From positions 62,001 through 126,000 of the IMG/VR virus record IMGVR_UViG_3300005529_000001: a stretch of 64,000 bases of DNA. One strand, given 5' to 3'. Positions 59,931-64,000 of the stretch are shown piece after piece. The notes under the pieces were generated by a model that ran no database searches, was not told the DNA's origin, and saw only the letters and a program-made list of their open reading frames with translations. A program made the position numbers and the translations under genes. Position 1 is the stretch's first letter; each line of letters opens with the position of its first letter.

Positions 59931-60273
59931 GCGACGTCATCACAGCGACATCTTTGCTGGGATGATGTTCTGTTTTGTCGAGGGTCCCGACAAGGAGAAG
60001 CCGACGTTCGTGACATTGGATGATGGTGGCGTTGACAGGACCAAGCCACAGATGGTCATCGGCAAAGAGTACGTCCAAAAATTCTCAGGTGGGTGGTGGA
60101 GGTACCTGTTGTTGGGACCCGGCCCTGACGGGCTGCCTCACCTGGCTTGGTTCGAGGGCAACCTCCATTGGATCAAGCGCATCGCTGACCCGGTGTGGGA
60201 AGAGCGAGAGCGTGATGAGCTTCAGAAGCAACGCAAAGCTATGTACGAACGCGGAGAAGTAGTGCGAGCCTGA
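59911..60273 (+). CDS. hypothetical protein (possible divergent barrel family member)
   Basis: MVIG...YLLLG...LAW. Confidence 0.55.
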   Translation: MNFPERERRHHSDIFAGMMFCFVEGPDKEKPTFVTLDDGGVDRTKPQMVIGKEYVQKFSGGWWRYLLLGPGPDGLPHLAWFEGNLHWIKRIADPVWEERERDELQKQRKAMYERGEVVRA

Positions 60274-60274
60274 T

Positions 60275-60619
60275 TCAGGCTCGCGTTGGCCCACGCTTGA
60301 TGCTTCCCGTCGGGTTGGGCGAGGTGTCCCGTGCGAACGGGTCCTGCCCGACGTACGGAGGCTCAGCATCAGGGGGCACGGGACCGTAGCAGTCTTCTGG
60401 GCTCACGGTGGGATCGAGCAAGTGATCGGGCAGCCCGTCTGGGTCAGCAATGGTGTCGATTGGGTCACCCGCTAGGCTGCCCAGCTGCTCTCGCTTGTTG
60501 ACGTCAGGCGACAGCACGTTGCGCCCGTACGGTTGCCCAGGGTACGAGTTGTTCGCACCAACTTCCAGGATGACAGCCTCCCGGATGAATCGTTTCAACG
60601 TTCCTAGCCTGACCCTCAC
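60275..60619 (-). CDS. Pro/Asp-rich protein with N-terminal L..LK.FI.E motif
   Basis: GTG start preceded by TACTTA. Confidence 0.65.
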   Translation of the reverse strand: MRVRLGTLKRFIREAVILEVGANNSYPGQPYGRNVLSPDVNKREQLGSLAGDPIDTIADPDGLPDHLLDPTVSPEDCYGPVPPDAEPPYVGQDPFARDTSPNPTGSIKRGPTRA

Positions 60620-60633
60620 ATCAGGTAAGTAGG

Positions 60634-61413
60634 TCAGTCAAACCGCAGGCCACGCCTGTAAGCAGCTCCGCCGCCATCAACCACGAGGCTCTTGGCGTTT
60701 CCTGGTGATGGGTTATGGGGCGTGAAGGGAGGCTGCTTGTCTGGGCTGGGATACGGGCTGTCTTTCTTGAACTCCTGCCTCAGGCGTTCGAGAGTTTCAG
60801 CATCGAGCGGCGAGTGGATGTTGACGGTCTTGTTCTCGTCCTGGGTCCACCCCAACACTTTCAGCAGCACATCAACTGCTTTGATCCCATTCGCTTGGGC
60901 AAACTGTAAGATCGTCATGTGTTCCGAGGGTTCAAGCACCGGGCGTGAACCGTCAAGGATGACATCATCGTCAGCGGGACCGAGCGGCGCCAGCGAGGGA
61001 GGTGGGCCCGGTCTTTCTGGGACAGGGACCGCTGCATCAAGCTGTGGGATCGGGTCAGTGGGCTCTCGCTTCTTCACCCATGCTTTGGGCGCAGCTTTTT
61101 CCTTGCGCGGTCGGGTGACATCGGGCTTCGGGATCGTCGTGATGGCCCGGGGCATCTCACCCAACCTCGTCAGCAGGTGATTGGCCTCCATGAGCCAAGC
61201 GTCCTTGGCGATGCTCTTCTTCAGGTACTGGAGCTGGTTGGTTGCAACGGCGCTGTTCGGAGAAGCGTTGATGATGCCGTGCTCGGGATGTAATGTCAGG
61301 ACGAGCCCGACATGCTTCTTCAGCTCAGCAACGTGCTTCTTCGCCCAACGGTTGACCCAGTGGTTGTCCAGGACATCAGTAACCTTGTTCTTTTTCGATT
61401 TCTTTGCCATCAC
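60634..61413 (-). CDS. protein containing an IF2 N-terminal (IF2_N)-like domain
   Basis: MTILQFAQANGIKAVDVLLKVLGW...VNIHSPLDAETLERLRQEF at ~60765-60918; no GTPase domain. Confidence 0.65.
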   Translation of the reverse strand: MMAKKSKKNKVTDVLDNHWVNRWAKKHVAELKKHVGLVLTLHPEHGIINASPNSAVATNQLQYLKKSIAKDAWLMEANHLLTRLGEMPRAITTIPKPDVTRPRKEKAAPKAWVKKREPTDPIPQLDAAVPVPERPGPPPSLAPLGPADDDVILDGSRPVLEPSEHMTILQFAQANGIKAVDVLLKVLGWTQDENKTVNIHSPLDAETLERLRQEFKKDSPYPSPDKQPPFTPHNPSPGNAKSLVVDGGGAAYRRGLRFD

Positions 61414-61418
61414 GTCCC

Positions 61419-61679
61419 TCAGCTCACGATGTCTTCGTCATTGACCTTCATGACCCCGAGCTCGAGTGGCTCGCCGTCATCGGGCTCCTGTTCCCAACCG
61501 TGCGGGTCAAGCAGCTCAGCCCACCGTGATTTCATGTCAGCGATGTGGCGCCTCAGCTTCCTGTTCTCGTTAAGCAGCACAGTGCACCTGTTCTGCGTTG
61601 CGACAAGGTTAGCGTCCAGAGCAGCATTCTCTTCGAGGAGAGCTCGGTCCCGCTGGCGGAGCTCATCGAGTTCAGACAT
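61419..61679 (-). CDS. coiled-coil protein
   Basis: promoter CTGAAC..TACAGT-N6-ATG. Confidence 0.7.
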   Translation of the reverse strand: MSELDELRQRDRALLEENAALDANLVATQNRCTVLLNENRKLRRHIADMKSRWAELLDPHGWEQEPDDGEPLELGVMKVNDEDIVS

Positions 61680-61711
61680 GAGCTAACTGTAACGCGTGAT
61701 CGCTCGGCTGT

Positions 61712-61960
61712 TCAGGGCGCGGGCGTCACAGGAGTGATGATGACTTTGGAACAACCACCGTCAGCTTGCAATGTCCCACCAGCTTGTTCGCAGTGTTCAC
61801 GCTTGAGAGCATGTTCCTCGGCGCCGCAGCTGCCCATGCAGATGCCACCCAAGAATGTTGCAAACATTCCTATCACACACATGACGATGATTTGCCTATA
61901 GTCGTTGCGAATCTGCTCTTCACGAAACAGCTGTTCGAGCCTCGTGGGTTTGGTCTCCAT
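61712..61960 (-). CDS. small membrane protein
   Basis: single TM; GGAG SD. Confidence 0.6.
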   Translation of the reverse strand: METKPTRLEQLFREEQIRNDYRQIIVMCVIGMFATFLGGICMGSCGAEEHALKREHCEQAGGTLQADGGCSKVIITPVTPAP

Positions 61961-62291
61961 CGTCAGTCTCCGTAGTTGCGATCATTGCGTTCCACTCTTC
62001 GTCCTTGCCTTCTACGATGCGGATGGCTTCTTCGTGTCGCCGTCGTCGTTCTTCGCGTGCGTCTCTCCGACGTTGCAAGATGCCCTTTCGCCATTTGGAG
62101 AAATTCTCTTGGACCCAAATGATCGGAAGCACGATAGCTGCAACAACCATAAAGAGAGGCCAGGCTATCGCGATCAACGGGTAAGGAAGTCGATCGCTGT
62201 CATTTGTGTCGTCAAAGAACGCTGCCACAGCGCAGGCAGGATAGCCTAGCACGTAGACAATCAGGAACAACCACCAATACCAGTGCATCAC
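61920..62291 (-). CDS. membrane protein
   Basis: two TM segments with WP motif; charged tail. Confidence 0.65.
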   Translation of the reverse strand: MMHWYWWLFLIVYVLGYPACAVAAFFDDTNDSDRLPYPLIAIAWPLFMVVAAIVLPIIWVQENFSKWRKGILQRRRDAREERRRRHEEAIRIVEGKDEEWNAMIATTETDDGDQTHEARTAVS

Positions 62292-62534
62292 CTACTCCTG
62301 TTGTGTTCTTGAGATGTCAACCGACTGAGCATAAAACGACTTAGCGTTTCGTAGTTTTGCCACCACCAAATCATGACGGATGACTGGGATAGCACACCTG
62401 AAAAATGACTCACGCCATGCCGCAGCCTCCTCAAAGAAAGCTCGCCAGTCGCCTCGCTCGATCGCGAGGCTCATTGACCCCGAGTAACGGGAAGCGTTCT
62501 CAAGCTCTTCGAGCATCCGTTCACTTGTATGCAT
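62292..62534 (-). CDS. hypothetical protein
   Basis: fills the gap on the coding strand; start uncertain. Confidence 0.4.
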   Translation of the reverse strand: MHTSERMLEELENASRYSGSMSLAIERGDWRAFFEEAAAWRESFFRCAIPVIRHDLVVAKLRNAKSFYAQSVDISRTQQE

Positions 62535-62829
62535 CGGGGTCAGCACGCATGTCTTGTTTGCACGACTCACACGGGTAACCGCCGGGCGTCGGGGTGCCGC
62601 ACCCGTACCCGCCACCCTTGCACGGCTTGAGAGGTAGCTTGGCACGTCGTTCCCGCTCCTCAGCTTCTCGGATGGGTCGCAAACGCTGGTTCTCAAGGTC
62701 CTGCATGCGGTACCGTACGAGTTGAAGTTCCTTTGGGTTATCGGTTAGGAACTTGACAACTTCTTGGGGAAGACCACGTGCCATGCAAGCAGTGTACCCT
62801 TTTACGTGAGTAGCGTACACTGTGGTCAC
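62521..62829 (-). CDS. Zn-finger-tail hypothetical protein
   Basis: C.....C...PCESC. Confidence 0.55.
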   Translation of the reverse strand: MTTVYATHVKGYTACMARGLPQEVVKFLTDNPKELQLVRYRMQDLENQRLRPIREAEERERRAKLPLKPCKGGGYGCGTPTPGGYPCESCKQDMRADPDAYK

Positions 62830-62840
62830 GGGGTCCTGGA

Positions 62841-63152
62841 ATGAAAAAGTGGTTCGACCGTGTCCAAATCTGGCTGTACCTTGCGGGCCTTCCCACGATC
62901 GCTTCGTGGGTTGGACGTTTTGGGTCTCCTCCCGTGCTCATCGAGCATGATGATGTTCATGAGCGTATCACGCTCCCAGAGATTGGCATTCCCACGGGCC
63001 GTGAGCACCTAGAGGGTGTTGGCTGGCGTTTGGACGAGTTCCCGCCCGAGCCTTTGCGAATTATTGACTTTGACAACACGTTCAACGACAACAGGCTCAT
63101 TGACATGGGCCGGGACGTTGCGCTGCCTCACTCGAAGCTCGACGTCAACTGA
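62841..63152 (+). CDS. hypothetical protein
   Basis: ORF only. Confidence 0.45.
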   Translation: MKKWFDRVQIWLYLAGLPTIASWVGRFGSPPVLIEHDDVHERITLPEIGIPTGREHLEGVGWRLDEFPPEPLRIIDFDNTFNDNRLIDMGRDVALPHSKLDVN

Positions 63153-63185
63153 ACTACGGACAGCGCGTGGGTTACAATACCCACC

Positions 63186-63959
63186 ATGAGTCGTCTGATT
63201 GTCATTGGTGATTTGCACGGGTGTCTGGCAGAAGCAGAGGAGCTGCTCCAGAAGTGTGACGCCCGTCCCGAGGACCACGTCCTCTTTTTGGGTGACCTCG
63301 TTGACCGTGGGCCCGACAGCGCTGGTTGCGTTGACCTCGCCATGCGCATCGAAGCGCGGCAAAACAAGCGTGCATGCATCCTCGGCAATCACGAAGAAAA
63401 ACACCTTTTCTATGACGACATCGAGCTACGCAAGGGCCACGTGCGTGTTGATGTCGAGACACATATCGAGACCCGCAAGCAGCTGAAGCGTCACCATTAC
63501 GACTACTTCAGGGCGATCCCGAAGTTCTTGCGTTTCCCAGAACACAACCTCGTCGCGGTCCATGCTGGTGTCTACCCTGGTCGCCCGATCGAGAAACAGA
63601 CCGATAGGCACCTGCTCCACATCCAGAGCATCAGGCCGCCCGAGGAGAAATCGATGTGGCCCAGCCGCATCCCACCCAACGAGACGGACTGGCGGTTCTG
63701 GCACCGCTACTGGGACGGGCCCGAACGCATCATCTTCGGTCACAGCGTCCTCAACAAGCCGCTGGTCACCGACAAGGTCATCGGCATCGATGGCGGCGCT
63801 TGTTTCGGCTTGGAGCTGTGGGCGTACGTTTTCCCTGATAATCAGCTCGTCAGCGTCAAGGGCCGTGGCTCACACGATCACAAGGACCTTGACAGGCGCG
63901 GCAACTCAAACAAGAAGCTCTACATCATTGATGAGGACCACGGCGTGGGCACGTACTGA
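63186..63959 (+). CDS. calcineurin-like metallophosphoesterase (ApaH/PrpE/Ser-Thr phosphatase family)
   Basis: GDLHG, GDLVDRG, GNHE, VHAG, FGH, GID.G motifs; promoter TACAAT-N7-ATG. Confidence 0.9.
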   Translation: MSRLIVIGDLHGCLAEAEELLQKCDARPEDHVLFLGDLVDRGPDSAGCVDLAMRIEARQNKRACILGNHEEKHLFYDDIELRKGHVRVDVETHIETRKQLKRHHYDYFRAIPKFLRFPEHNLVAVHAGVYPGRPIEKQTDRHLLHIQSIRPPEEKSMWPSRIPPNETDWRFWHRYWDGPERIIFGHSVLNKPLVTDKVIGIDGGACFGLELWAYVFPDNQLVSVKGRGSHDHKDLDRRGNSNKKLYIIDEDHGVGTY

Positions 63960-64000
63960 TGAGCCAGTCCGACCGTGCCAAGAAGAAGGCGAAGGCGACG

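Noticed and set aside
1-64000. Alternative genetic code (stop-codon reassignment) as in some jumbo phages
   Set aside because: Recognisable genes (MVP, flotillin, MetAP, phosphatase, ATPase) are uninterrupted in code 11. TGA, TAG and TAA all end genes at sensible, coupled positions.

Overview
This GC-rich, gene-dense 64 kb window reads as part of a large (jumbo) T4-like phage genome. It holds about 150 mostly small ORFs and no rRNA, tRNA, CRISPR array, transposase or intact structural module. The host is possibly a myxobacterium (weak inference). Three zones stand out. (1) 2.3-23.9 kb: about 50 single-gene cassettes, each with its own sigma70-like promoter, GTG(A/C)AA-N17/18-TAnnnT-N6-ATG. 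Most are leaderless, and the upstream gene's TGA stop often sits inside the next -35 box. Two genes here are almost free of the dinucleotide GC. (2) 24.3-36.1 kb: about 32 translationally coupled, diverged SH3b-like paralogs ('PGDLV...LVIA...LGW'), with about 15 more elsewhere. (3) 37-64 kb: accessory genes including a SET domain, a PRTase, glycosyltransferase-like proteins, MetAP, a metallophosphoesterase and an IF2_N-domain protein. This zone also has a full-length major vault protein homolog next to a flotillin/SPFH gene, and a run of SH3-like proteins whose C-termini carry different fragments of a T4 gp23-like major capsid protein, including the Gol-peptide region. The best candidates for undescribed systems are the capsid-fragment fusion cluster (56.6-59.3 kb), the phage vault/flotillin pair (48.3-53.4 kb) and the GC-dinucleotide-purged genes. 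All family calls are motif recognition by eye and need HMM or structure confirmation.
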